NCBI GenBank assembly: GCA_038248345.1
Contig: JBBRXO010000019.1
Coordinates: 1-32,011 of the forward strand
DNA length: 32,011 bases
Origin: Armatimonadota bacterium
Lineage (GTDB): Bacteria > Armatimonadota > Hebobacteria > CAIYQO01
Direction of reading: 5' to 3'
Shown piece by piece: positions 1-8,900 of the stretch (position 1 is its first letter; every line of letters begins with the position of its first letter). Both the position numbers and the translations under genes were made by a program. The notes under the pieces were generated by a model that made no database searches, had not been told where the DNA came from, and worked only from the letters and a program-made list of their open reading frames with translations.

Positions 1-29
1 CCTGCCATCCCGTAATTGGGATAGGCAGG
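1..29. terminator. Hairpin CCTGCC-ATCCC...GGGAT-A-GGCAGG, possible terminator downstream of tRNA-Thr
   Basis: Imperfect inverted repeat at the window edge; any minus-strand U-tract would lie outside the window. Confidence 0.35.
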
Positions 30-52
30 ATCGGGGTGATATTTGTAATTTT

Positions 53-137
53 TTGGTGCCACTGTTGGTGCCACTTGGTGCCATTAGGCGTAATATTGGT
101 GCCATTTTGGTGCCATTTTGGTGCCATTTTGGTGCCA
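53..137. repeat. Seven copies of TTGGTGCCA (putative integrase arm-type sites)
   Basis: Copies start at 53, 65, 75, 96, 107, 118 and 129; the last four have an exact 11-bp period. The array lies ~80-165 bp downstream of the tRNA 3' end. The repeats are seen directly; their function is inferred. Confidence 0.85.
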
Positions 138-218
138 GAAGGCTAAAAAATGGCGATAATTGGTGTGTTTTTCAGGTAGTTATGTAATGGTGTTTGGGGT
201 TCATTTTGAGGCTAAAAG

Positions 219-295
219 TGGAGCCCCCTGACGGATTCGAACCGACGACCTGCGCATTACAAGTGCGCTGCTCTGGCCAACTGAGCTAAGGAGGC
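219..295 (-). tRNA. tRNA-Thr (anticodon UGU)
   Basis: Reverse complement reads GCCTCCTTAGCTCAGTTGGCCAGAGCAGCGCACTTGTAATGCGCAGGTCGTCGGTTCGAATCCGTCAGGGGGCTCCA, with D arm, anticodon loop CT-TGT-AA, T loop GGTTCGAATCC and encoded CCA. Confidence 0.97.
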
Positions 296-309
296 ATTAC
301 CACCTAAAA

Positions 310-337
310 AGTATCACGAATAGGGTGCATTGGTCAA
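310..337 (-). promoter_or_regulatory. Putative sigma70-type promoter of tRNA-Thr
   Basis: Minus strand TTGACC (337-332), 16 bp, GATACT (315-310), ending 14 bp upstream of the tRNA. Confidence 0.5.
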
Positions 338-419
338 CATTGCGGGGAAGGAGGTTTTTTTGGCACATTACCTGACATGGGTTCTGGCTGATTAATCCCA
401 GATTATATGAACGGCAAAA

Positions 420-2308
420 ATCGCGGTAGGGACTGCGGTTGCCCGCAGCCCCCCGCACAGACCCCGGCGTGCGGAATTACCGCACCGGGTTCCTCCCTTG
501 TGTCAGACGGTCACTAGCTGACTCGGATATTTATGTCGCACTGTTACCTTTGGGAGCCATTTGTTCGCAAGCCGTCCTATCTTATCCCAAGTACAATACC
601 CCTTCTGGCTTTGCCGACTTATCGTTTTCTTCCATAGTTTTACGACAGCAAGGCGAAAGCTGCTCATGGACGGGGTGTTGCGCGGGACACCATAATATTG
701 ATAGTGTCCGTTCAGCACTTGAGCGAGCCACTTCCCGACTATCGGGAGCGGTTCATTGATTCGACGGCGCAGGGTTTGGCTGATTTCCTTCAGCTTGGCC
801 TGCACTTTCTTGCGTTTACTGATACGCAGGACACAGAAACGACCTTTCCGGGTCACGCTACAGATATGCGTGAATCCCAGATAGTCAAACGTTTCTGGCT
901 TTTTATCGCCACGTGCGCGGCGATTACTGGCGGCAAAACGACCGAATTCAATCAGCCGAGTCTTCTCTGGATGTACCTCCAGCTGAAATTTAGCCAGTCG
1001 AGCTTGCAGTTCTCCAGAGAACCGTTCGGCGTCGTCGCGATATTGGAAGCAGACTACCACATCATCGGCGTAGCGTACTATGTACATCTCGCCCCTTGCA
1101 TGGTGTCGCGCCCACAGCGCTGCCCAGTTGCCCAACGCATAGTGCAGGTAGATGTTGGCCAGCAGTGGGCTGATACTCCCACCCTGCGGTGTGCCGGCAT
1201 CGGAAACCTGCACTACTCCATTTTTCAACACGCCCGCGTTCAACCACTTCTTGATGTGGCGGATTATGCGCGTGCCAGCAATGCGGAGTTCGAGGAATTT
1301 GATGAGCCATTCGTGGTCGATGGAATCGAAAAACGCACGAATGTCCAGGTCGAACACCCAGCTTACCTTCTTCTGCTCTATCGTCGCCGCTAGCCGGTTA
1401 AGTGCGTTGTGGCACCCACGACCGGGACGGAAACCATAGGAAAAGTCATGGAATTCGGCTTCGTAGATGATGGTCAGCACATCAGCGACTACACGCTGGA
1501 CGAGTTTGTCCTCCAGCGTGGTTATCCCTAACGGGCGTAACTTACCATCCGCTTTGGGTATATTCACCCGCCGCACCGGCTTCGCATGATACGCTCCACG
1601 TTTCAGACGGGCAGACAGGTCTTCGATATTATGCTCCAAATCCCTGTCATAGCTCGCCCAGTCTACCCCATCAACCCCTGCCGCGCCATCTTTGCGCAAG
1701 GCAAAGAAGGTTTCGGCGAGGCGGTCTTTGTCATAGACATGATGCCAGAGCGTGGCAAACCGTACCGTTTTATCCGTTGCAACTAAATGCCGTATCGGCA
1801 ACAGCTTGTTTTGCAAGCTATCTCGGGTCAGTGCCCGGAGCTTGTTATCCCGTTGCAGATTCCACTTGGGTACCCCCCTTTGCTCGTCCGACTCCGCCAC
1901 CGAGGGAGTTGCACCCTCCGCTTTGTTCGCCGTTGTCATCGCTCGTATGGGGGTATATGACTCCCCAGTATCGTTCATCATCACTGTACTCCATTCGGAT
2001 TTTTGATACGACCCGTTGCCTCCATTCGCCACGGGTGATACCGGGGTCTCTCGATTTCGTATCGACATATTTTGTCTGCATGCAGGTGGTCTCTGACCTC
2101 GTGGGGCCTCGGGGAGTCTAGCATAGCGACTCGCTCAAGTGTTGCCTTCCGAATATAGGAACATCGTCAGCACCCCAAATTATAATTTCGCGGCTCAATA
2201 CACCGCCTGCAGAACCTCCATACTAACGCTTGCGCGGCAACCTTACGATTGCAACGCCATAGTCAAGAGCTGGTGTGACGCGCTACGCCTTCACCATACG
2301 GGACTCCC
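420..2308 (-). mobile_element. Group II intron, apparently 5'-truncated
   Basis: Domain V GAACCCGGTGCGGTAATTCCGCACGCCGGGGTC (492-460), a domain VI hairpin and 3' end ...CCCTACCGCGAT at 420. Domain I-like sequence (GGTGAAGGCGTAGCG...TATTGAGCCGCGAAA) extends to ~2308. No GUGYG 5' start found on this strand upstream. Confidence 0.9.
503..2068 (-). CDS. ltrA: Group II intron reverse transcriptase/maturase without endonuclease domain; true start probably downstream of 2068
   Basis: RT motifs IPKADGKLRPLGI, FSYGFRPGR, GTPQGGSISPLLANIYLH, VRYADD and FDYLGF, then a maturase X domain. The stop codon lies directly before domain V. The N-terminal extension overlaps probable intron RNA structure. Confidence 0.95.
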   Translation of the reverse strand: MSIRNRETPVSPVANGGNGSYQKSEWSTVMMNDTGESYTPIRAMTTANKAEGATPSVAESDEQRGVPKWNLQRDNKLRALTRDSLQNKLLPIRHLVATDKTVRFATLWHHVYDKDRLAETFFALRKDGAAGVDGVDWASYDRDLEHNIEDLSARLKRGAYHAKPVRRVNIPKADGKLRPLGITTLEDKLVQRVVADVLTIIYEAEFHDFSYGFRPGRGCHNALNRLAATIEQKKVSWVFDLDIRAFFDSIDHEWLIKFLELRIAGTRIIRHIKKWLNAGVLKNGVVQVSDAGTPQGGSISPLLANIYLHYALGNWAALWARHHARGEMYIVRYADDVVVCFQYRDDAERFSGELQARLAKFQLEVHPEKTRLIEFGRFAASNRRARGDKKPETFDYLGFTHICSVTRKGRFCVLRISKRKKVQAKLKEISQTLRRRINEPLPIVGKWLAQVLNGHYQYYGVPRNTPSMSSFRLAVVKLWKKTISRQSQKGYCTWDKIGRLANKWLPKVTVRHKYPSQLVTV

Positions 2309-2561
2309 CTCATCCATAAAGGTTTTGCCAAACCGACTGCCGCCAGCCAACTCGTCGCCTTGGTAAACCACGGCCAGTGGTAGTCCGGTACGACTCTATG
2401 TTTGACTATAACCCGCTATATGCCGTCGATTTCATCGACGCTTCTCCTACTTTATATGAACGGCGGCCCGCTTTTTTTGAACTACCAATCCCAGTTATAT
2501 GAACGATGCGCCGGTGAACCGAGCCGATGGGCGCTGGCATTTTGCTATTGTAAGCGCGGGT

Positions 2562-2590
2562 GAGTTGGCCGTCTAGTTGACGGCCAACTC
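2562..2590 (-). terminator. 12-bp stem hairpin downstream of small ORF
   Basis: GAGTTGGCCGTC-TAGTT-GACGGCCAACTC, 30 bp after the stop at 2621; no clear U-tract. Confidence 0.45.
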
Positions 2591-2607
2591 GGGGTGTATC
2601 GATCATC

Positions 2608-2631
2608 CTGAAGCGTAACGTTACGCTTCAG
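2608..2631. repeat. Perfect 24-bp palindrome
   Basis: CTGAAGCGTAACGTTACGCTTCAG equals its own reverse complement. Confidence 0.9.
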
Positions 2632-2796
2632 CCAGCTCCTGCAGCTGGGCGAGAAGTTCTTCCATTGACTCCAGGCGCTCGGTGAACTGCTCGCCACGTT
2701 CCGAAGATTGCCAGGCTTCGGATCGCTCATCCCAGTATTGCGCCATCTCCGTGGTGACGCCGTCGAGTAGCACATGTGCCTGCTGGAGCTGAACCT
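2621..2796 (-). pseudogene. C-terminal fragment of a small acidic helical protein, cut by an IS-like end
   Basis: Protein-like segment LQQAHVLLDGVTTEMAQYWDERSEAWQSSERGEQFTERLESMEELL. The upstream part of ORF 2621-2863 reads through a terminal inverted repeat (2797-2822), so it is unlikely to be the native N-terminus. Confidence 0.5.
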
Positions 2797-2968
2797 TTAC
2801 CCACAAACTTCCCCATAGAGCCGTGGTTTTCAAGGTGCCGATGTCATCCAGCTCCGCTTGCAACTGCCCGCAAGCGTAGAGGAAGTAGGTTTAGACGGCA
2901 ATAACCGCTGTCTCTATGTGGAGTTTTGTGGGTAAGCTGAGGTTGCCCACAAACTATCCCATAGAGCC
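2797..2968. mobile_element. Three ~26-bp IS-like terminal repeats (GGCTCTATGG...TTTGTGGG); 2910-2968 forms a 59-bp MITE-like unit
   Basis: TTACCCACAAACTTCCCCATAGAGCC (2797-2822), GTCTCTATGTGGAGTTTTGTGGGTAA (2910-2935) and TTGCCCACAAACTATCCCATAGAGCC (2943-2968). GGCTCT termini resemble ISL3/IS6-type ends. No transposase is present. Confidence 0.65.
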
Positions 2969-3199
2969 TAATAAAGAGATGGATTTCGCAATCACCCAGC
3001 TTGCATGTAAGACAGGCTGGGGTTGTATCAGAGATATCTCGAGTAATTATCCAGTGATGACGCGCTTTTAGTCTAGTGCTTATCATATCTATTTATGCTA
3101 TATTTTCAGTAGGTAAATGATGTTCATAAGCTGTAAGATGTACAGAAACTGTTCTTTGTTTAACCGGAATGATTCACTCGACATTAAAGGACGGCTTGC

Positions 3200-5020
3200 A
3201 TGAAAATTCTATGGGAAATACTGTTAATCTGGTTGATCGCTGCCACTCTGGCAGTGGCAGCAGCTCCGGAACCGCTCGGGCTTTTTAAGCCGCAGGCAGA
3301 TGGCACGTTCGCCTATCAATCGGATGTTTATCGCATCGCCTTCAACAGCGACGGCGTAATGGTATCGCTACAAGTGAAGGGGAATGAATTCCTGCGCCCT
3401 TTGCATGGGGAAGTTGGTGGAGCTGGTTTTTTCGTCAACGGCAAGCGCATTGTGTTGCCCTCCACGCAGGCGAATCCGACAGGTGGTGTGATTGCCGATG
3501 GTATCAATGGTATCTTCCTCAGCATCCTACCAGACCGGCTTGATATGGATCTCGGGCAGGAAGTCGCGGGCGGCAGAGTGGAATATGTTTTCTTCCCGGC
3601 GGAGGGGATCACCCTCACGCCGGTCGAGAAACCCGTATTACACGGAAAGCGCAACGAACCGTGGCAAATTGTCGGCACGCAGGCTACCAGATGGTCGGCA
3701 CCTGACGGCACTGCTATTGATGTACATTACGACACTATACCCGGCAATCAATACAACGGCATGTCAGCCATGGCAGTGAATAACCCATACAAAACGCGCA
3801 TTTGTGGGGAGATAAGTTTCCCTGCCAGTAGCTGGGCCGGAGACACCGCTACCATTGACTGGCAAGGAGCGGTGGAGGACCATAACTTTCCCCAATATAC
3901 TCCAGTAGCGCTCAGCGGCACTGTGCAATGGAAAGGTGCAGAACTCCCTACGAAACCAATTGAGTTGCTAGTGCATGTGGAGGATTATAACACACTTGAA
4001 ACAGTAGCGACCTTCAAGCTGCCACTCACCAACACCCAGAAGATCACCCCCTTTACCTGGTCAGAACACTGGACACAACCCGGGCCGTGGCGGATTAATG
4101 TTATGGCGGTAGCGAACGACCATGTCATCGGCATTAAAACCGGCGTTATCGTCTACGACTTGCCCCACTATCTGCCCCCGCTTAACCGTCCAGATGATTT
4201 CTGGGCGTTCTGGGAGAAGGCCATTGCTGACCAGCGGGCCTTGCCACTCGATTCAGTGCTTGTTAAAGATGATGCCGGTTCGACTAAAGACTATAATCTC
4301 TACACGGTCTACATCACCGGCTACGCCGGACGACGACTGCAGGGGCGTTATGGCGAACCGACGGCAGCGGGTATCGTTCCCGTAACTATAGGTGCCGGGC
4401 ATTCCGGGGCGAATATCACCGCGCCTGCGGATGCGGGGGTATGCAATCTTCTTACCTCCATGGATGGCATGGCCACCTATCGCACTGGCATGGGGGATCG
4501 CAATACCTCTAACTTGTTTTACAATTACATTGATGCCCTGCGCTGGGTAGACTTTCTGGCCACGCGGGAGAAAGCTGATATGAAACGCTCGATTTATTAC
4601 TCTGGCAGTCGCAGCGGTCCGGTCGCCATAGCTGTGCTGGCGCTGGACCCACGGGTGAAGATGTATATCTCTAACGTACCTACGAATAACCGCTGGGACT
4701 GGCAGGTTACCTTACCGGGAGCTGGCGGTTGGGGGCCGTGGTCGGCGGATCGCAAGCCCGGACAAGAGATACAAGCATATACACATGAATTGTCTTACTT
4801 CAATTCTGACAATTTCGCAGAGCGGATCACGCAACCGGTGCTCATCGGGTTCGGCTTGCTTGACGGACTATCGCAGGTGAGTGGCAATTTAGCCTGCTAC
4901 ACCCGCCTTGCCAGCACACAAAAGAAAATTTACTTCCGCGCCTGGTGGGGTCACGCCGATGGAAACAAGGAATGGTACGACACTAACGCACAGTGGAGTA
5001 AGGAGATGTTCGCCCGCTAG
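3200..5020 (+). CDS. Secreted acetylxylan esterase-like (CE7/AXE1-like alpha/beta hydrolase) with a large unknown N-terminal region
   Basis: Signal peptide (MKILWEILLIWLIAATLAVAA), AXE1-like RPDDFWAFWEKA, nucleophile elbow YSGSRSG, Asp in GLLDG and His in WGHAD. RBS AAAGGA upstream. Confidence 0.8.
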   Translation: MKILWEILLIWLIAATLAVAAAPEPLGLFKPQADGTFAYQSDVYRIAFNSDGVMVSLQVKGNEFLRPLHGEVGGAGFFVNGKRIVLPSTQANPTGGVIADGINGIFLSILPDRLDMDLGQEVAGGRVEYVFFPAEGITLTPVEKPVLHGKRNEPWQIVGTQATRWSAPDGTAIDVHYDTIPGNQYNGMSAMAVNNPYKTRICGEISFPASSWAGDTATIDWQGAVEDHNFPQYTPVALSGTVQWKGAELPTKPIELLVHVEDYNTLETVATFKLPLTNTQKITPFTWSEHWTQPGPWRINVMAVANDHVIGIKTGVIVYDLPHYLPPLNRPDDFWAFWEKAIADQRALPLDSVLVKDDAGSTKDYNLYTVYITGYAGRRLQGRYGEPTAAGIVPVTIGAGHSGANITAPADAGVCNLLTSMDGMATYRTGMGDRNTSNLFYNYIDALRWVDFLATREKADMKRSIYYSGSRSGPVAIAVLALDPRVKMYISNVPTNNRWDWQVTLPGAGGWGPWSADRKPGQEIQAYTHELSYFNSDNFAERITQPVLIGFGLLDGLSQVSGNLACYTRLASTQKKIYFRAWWGHADGNKEWYDTNAQWSKEMFAR

Positions 5021-5469
5021 TGTGCTGCAAGTAGTGAAAACGTTGCGAATACCGTTGACTAACATAAATGTCATTGTATCTCATAATAGGACATTATCAC
5101 AGAGCAACTATAGTGGGGGGTTACCGAATACTTACCCGCATGGTACAACACCTGCGACGAAACGACTCTTACAGCGGTTGAACCTTCCCCGGAGAACCGT
5201 ATCCAATGTAATATGGTGCGGAGTTGGCACTTTGGGGAATAGCATGGTGATGACTGATCGAATACTGGGTAGATTCTGATGTGCCATCATTGGTGACACA
5301 CTAGGCGTACCGGCGAACGTTATAATGGCATCGGGTCGATCATGCGCCCATCAAGGAGATGCTCTTAATGGTGCATCGCAATCGTATCAGATAGTGTACT
5401 GTGCAAACTAACACCTCGTTTTTTATGATAGTTATACGGTCCGGCAAGTTAGAAGTGGAGACAATTACC

Positions 5470-6135
5470 ATGGAGTATCATATTCAACGTACGCTTCGCC
5501 CATCTTCGCTTCACGGGGAGTGGGACTGCGCTGCCTGGAGTAATGCCGCGATCGGTGAGGTGCAGTATTTTCTGCCACAATCGAGTGGGCATCACCCGCG
5601 GGTCCAATTCCGCATGCTTTATGACGATGCCGGAGTGTACCTTATTTTTCGCGTGGAAGATCGCTACGTACGTAGCGTAATCACCGAGTTCAATGGCAGT
5701 GTCTGCACCGATAGTTGTACTGAATTCTTCGTGCAGCCCTGTAACAACGCGGGCTATTTCAATTTTGAGGTTAATTGCGGTGGTACCCTGCTTGCAAGTT
5801 ATATCGAAGACCCCACGCGTGATGAGCATGGCTTCAAAAAATCGAGGCCGCTGACCCCCGCAGACGCTGCGCTGGTGAGGATCTATCATTCCATGCCCGT
5901 TGTGGTAGAACCAGAGGTGCAGGAGCCAACCGTCTGGGTAAATGAGCTATTCATCCCGTTTGCCCTCTTTGAGCGTTATGTTGGCCCGCTGGATGCGCCC
6001 ACCGGGCAACAGTGGCGGGCCAACTTCTACAAATGTGCCGATCATACCTCGCACCCACATTGGGCCACATGGTCACCGGTGAAAGAGTTAAATTTCCACC
6101 AACCCCAGTACTTCGCCCCGCTGTTTTTTGCTTAA
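5470..6135 (+). CDS. Carbohydrate-binding family 9-like (DOMON-like) protein
   Basis: Motifs RMLYDDAGVYLIFRVED, VCTDSCTEFFVQP, YFNFEVN and WRANFYKC...WSP...FHQP. Start set at ATG 5470 behind GGAG; the ORF is open from 5401. Confidence 0.85.
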   Translation: MEYHIQRTLRPSSLHGEWDCAAWSNAAIGEVQYFLPQSSGHHPRVQFRMLYDDAGVYLIFRVEDRYVRSVITEFNGSVCTDSCTEFFVQPCNNAGYFNFEVNCGGTLLASYIEDPTRDEHGFKKSRPLTPADAALVRIYHSMPVVVEPEVQEPTVWVNELFIPFALFERYVGPLDAPTGQQWRANFYKCADHTSHPHWATWSPVKELNFHQPQYFAPLFFA

Positions 6136-6249
6136 TTTTTCCCTGAAGAAGTCATGCAAGAAACCAATGCCAGGTGGCTCTTATCCGTTATTTTCTCAGA
6201 GCCTATAATTAAGCAGCGAGATGAGTGGGGGATACCGAATTCTGATCTG

Positions 6250-7020
6250 CTATGAAGAAAGGGGAACGGCTCCCAGTTGTTCCTGCAATATCGGTGTGGA
6301 GGGGAAAGCGTGGCCGAGATGTTGGGTGAAGCCTTCGGCGTGGTGTACCCCGATGAGCGCCCCCATCTGGGCATCCCATGCGCGCATCTCTTCCAGGTAT
6401 TGATCCATACCGTGCTGGCGGCGAAGCCAGTCGCGTTGTGACGCGTGACACGCCAACAGGGACGCTTTCTCCTCGATCACTGCAGATATATCCACACAAA
6501 ACTTAGGGGGTACGTGGTGTCCAACATAGTCCACGCCCCCCATTGGGCTACCGAAATAATACAGATGCGCCATGCGAGTAGTAGCTGGCACACTCGCTGT
6601 CGGGCCGACGACATAGTTGGGAATTGGCGCGGTGAAGACAGCGGCACGTGCGACCGCGCTGGTTGCCTCATGGTCTGGCATATAGTCTACTGGGTAATGT
6701 GTAAGCACAAGATCGGGATCAAGCAGGCGAAACAAAGCAACCGCAGCCGCCCGCATTACCTGATCATCGAAGAGTTGCAGGTCCTGCCCTCCCAGGCAGT
6801 GGTAACTACCGCCAAGGCGAGTGGCAGCTTCAGTCGCCTCGGCCACACGTCGTCGGGCGATTATCTGCGGCGCAACTTCCGCACTGCCGCAATCGCCCGA
6901 GGAGAGCGTGGCCACATGCACCTTCCACCCCTGACGTGCCAACAAGAGCAGGGTTCCGCCACAGCGAAACTCCGCGTCATCCGGGTGTGCACATAGCGCT
7001 AAAACAGTCGGTTGCTCCAT
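6250..7020 (-). CDS. PIG-L/LmbE family N-deacetylase
   Basis: AHPDDAE zinc motif, second motif THYPVDYMPDH, C-terminal LACHASQ and AEGF. ATG 7020 follows GGAGG. Confidence 0.92.
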   Translation of the reverse strand: MEQPTVLALCAHPDDAEFRCGGTLLLLARQGWKVHVATLSSGDCGSAEVAPQIIARRRVAEATEAATRLGGSYHCLGGQDLQLFDDQVMRAAAVALFRLLDPDLVLTHYPVDYMPDHEATSAVARAAVFTAPIPNYVVGPTASVPATTRMAHLYYFGSPMGGVDYVGHHVPPKFCVDISAVIEEKASLLACHASQRDWLRRQHGMDQYLEEMRAWDAQMGALIGVHHAEGFTQHLGHAFPSTPILQEQLGAVPLSS

Positions 7021-7031
7021 GTTATTGCCTC

Positions 7032-7994
7032 CTAGTTGCACTCCGCCTCCAACGGGCCGGCCAGTTCTTCAACAAAGAAAAGGCGTCCGGGAAGAGTGGG
7101 GATAAAGCTACTGGGAACCCAGCAATCCGGGCCATAACGCAATGTTATCCATAAACTCATGCCCTGCCATTGCATCCCACGTCCTAAAACACCATCTGCA
7201 CCCCCGATAATCCTATCGGCCTGCAGAAAGAGTCCGGGGCCGATGGTGTTGGCGCGGCAAGGAACCAGTGTAGTGCGGCTTTTGAAGCTGGTGATGGCAT
7301 TCTGCTCGATGGTCAACGGATGAAGCTTGGCACCGAGGCGGTGTGTCTGCTGCCTCCATTCCGCTTCTGTGGCAAATTCAGCGGCGAAATGCGGCTCCCA
7401 GAAGGCGATATGACAGACACGGCCAATACCGAAGATTAACTGCAGCTCCGCTCCATTCGCCTTCAAGGCGGCGATACGGTCAGCATAGGTGGGGAGCATT
7501 TCGCGGGTGGCAAAATGGCGCTGTGACTCCGGTACCGTCAATTCCCCCAGCGGGCCATAAAAGGATTGCTCCATAGCATAGCGAAACGCTGCCGGGTTGT
7601 CCCCGTCCAGAGTATTTCCTTCGGCATCACTCCATTCATCCATATTGAAACCAAATACATGATCGCAGGGTGTCCCCCATGAGCGGAGGAAATAGACCGC
7701 CCAGCGGTACATCCCCATTGGCCCCGCAGGCAGAATGAGCGCCAACTGGCGTCCTGCTTCGCGGGCCAGGCGAATCTGCAAGGCGATCTCATGCCCCAGC
7801 ATAGCATCGAAATCTGCTAGCGTAGCGCAGGATACCGGTGAAAAATCAGCATGCCACCACTCCTGGGGGGTAGTGACAGCGGCGGCTGGCTTGCTGCAAC
7901 AGGCGTCGATACGCGCCAAATCCCATCCTGCCGGAAAGAAGCCCTCCAGCAGTGATCCTTGTAAGGTCGATTGCAAATCAATCTTTTGAGTCAT
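7032..7994 (-). CDS. Glucosamine-6-phosphate isomerase/deaminase-like protein (NagB superfamily)
   Basis: [28 protein letters not shown] and TIEQNA motifs; GGAGG RBS; 11 bp from the deacetylase start. Confidence 0.85.
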   Translation of the reverse strand: MTQKIDLQSTLQGSLLEGFFPAGWDLARIDACCSKPAAAVTTPQEWWHADFSPVSCATLADFDAMLGHEIALQIRLAREAGRQLALILPAGPMGMYRWAVYFLRSWGTPCDHVFGFNMDEWSDAEGNTLDGDNPAAFRYAMEQSFYGPLGELTVPESQRHFATREMLPTYADRIAALKANGAELQLIFGIGRVCHIAFWEPHFAAEFATEAEWRQQTHRLGAKLHPLTIEQNAITSFKSRTTLVPCRANTIGPGLFLQADRIIGGADGVLGRGMQWQGMSLWITLRYGPDCWVPSSFIPTLPGRLFFVEELAGPLEAECN

Positions 7995-8048
7995 TGTAAC
8001 GATCCTCCGTATATTTTTTTACTACTCACGTGAGCTTCAAAATACTAC

Positions 8049-8846
8049 CTATTTACCCGTTCGATATACCGCTGGCGGTACACCTACTACCTGGCGAAAC
8101 TGCCGGCTTAAAAAATATGGACTGCTATACCCGAGCAGGTCGGCTATCTGCGCTACGCTATTTTTTGTAAAAAGTAACAGCTTTTTTGCCTCATTTATGC
8201 GTGCTTGTATGATGTATTGTACCGGCGTCATCTGCGTATATTGCCGAAATATCCGAATAAAATGATCCTCGGAACACTGGAATTGTCGGGCTAAATCGGC
8301 AAGGATAAAGCTCGTCTCCGGAGCTTCACGAATCCGACGGCATAAATCATCCAATTGTGTCGACTGTTTTACCGTGAGGGTGTTTGAATTGGGACACCGA
8401 TCAACTTCATCAATTAACAGCAAGGCGGAACATAGCCAATGGGCGGCCTGCCGGGTGTCACCGGCCTCCAGGTGCCTAAGAGAGCGATCCATCACTTCGC
8501 AGAGTAGCGTATTCGGATATATTTGCCGATGCCGCGGCAAATCGGAATAACTCGGTGTCCACACGTCGCCATCCTGGGTCAAAAAATCGAATTGAATGGC
8601 GCGCACCACCACCGGATTACGTGAATCATGAGTGCCCAGAACTCGCTCTGTATTCCGCAGCGTGAAGCAATCTCCCACCTGTAGTTGATAACTCTCGTCC
8701 GGTGTCACAAGCGTCCCATGCCCCTGCACAACCAGCCACAACAGGATGCCACTCCAAGGATTGATGTCGGAATCCCAATTCCAATCCAGTTGGCACTTCA
8801 ACGCTGTATGTCCGGTGTATAAATTCAGTAACGAATAGGGGTACAT
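8049..8846 (-). CDS. AraC family transcriptional regulator
   Basis: N-terminal cupin-like region; C-terminal HTH LARQFQCSEDHFIRIF...IADLLGYSSPYFLSRQFRQVVGVPPAVYR. Confidence 0.95.
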   Translation of the reverse strand: MYPYSLLNLYTGHTALKCQLDWNWDSDINPWSGILLWLVVQGHGTLVTPDESYQLQVGDCFTLRNTERVLGTHDSRNPVVVRAIQFDFLTQDGDVWTPSYSDLPRHRQIYPNTLLCEVMDRSLRHLEAGDTRQAAHWLCSALLLIDEVDRCPNSNTLTVKQSTQLDDLCRRIREAPETSFILADLARQFQCSEDHFIRIFRQYTQMTPVQYIIQARINEAKKLLLFTKNSVAQIADLLGYSSPYFLSRQFRQVVGVPPAVYRTGK

Positions 8847-8852
8847 GTCGAT

Positions 8853-8881
8853 ATTGTATATTCACATGCCGAGAATGTCAA
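8853..8881 (-). promoter_or_regulatory. Near-consensus sigma70 promoter of the AraC gene (predicted leaderless transcript)
   Basis: TTGACA (8881-8876), 17 bp, TACAAT (8858-8853), 6 bp, then ATG at 8846. Confidence 0.75.
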
Positions 8882-8900
8882 TGGATTATCAGGCATTATT

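Larger units (their letters stand above)
394..2505. repeat. Three dispersed TTATATGAACG motifs (403, 2452, 2495); two are preceded by AATCCCAG
   Basis: AATCCCAGATTATATGAACGGC (394-415), TTATATGAACGGC (2452-2464) and AATCCCAGTTATATGAACG (2487-2505), all in the same orientation. Confidence 0.75.

Noticed and set aside
53..137. CRISPR array
   Set aside because: Repeats are 9 bp with 1-12 bp gaps, there are no unique spacers of CRISPR length, and there are no cas genes.
503..2068. Diversity-generating retroelement or retron RT acting on the pilin tips
   Set aside because: The RT has group II intron motifs (YADD, X domain) and is followed by domains V and VI. I saw no template/variable repeat pair differing at adenines.
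439..2366. Plus-strand ORFs (439-759, 698-1393, 1777-2121, 2139-2366 and others)
   Set aside because: Antisense shadows of the intron and its RT, with no recognisable motifs.
4908..5400. ORF 4908-5279, a 52-aa minus-strand ORF, or a riboswitch in the ~450-bp gap
   Set aside because: No convincing RBS, protein motif or RNA family signature. TGAAAACGTTGC near 5035 is only a partial LacI-type match.
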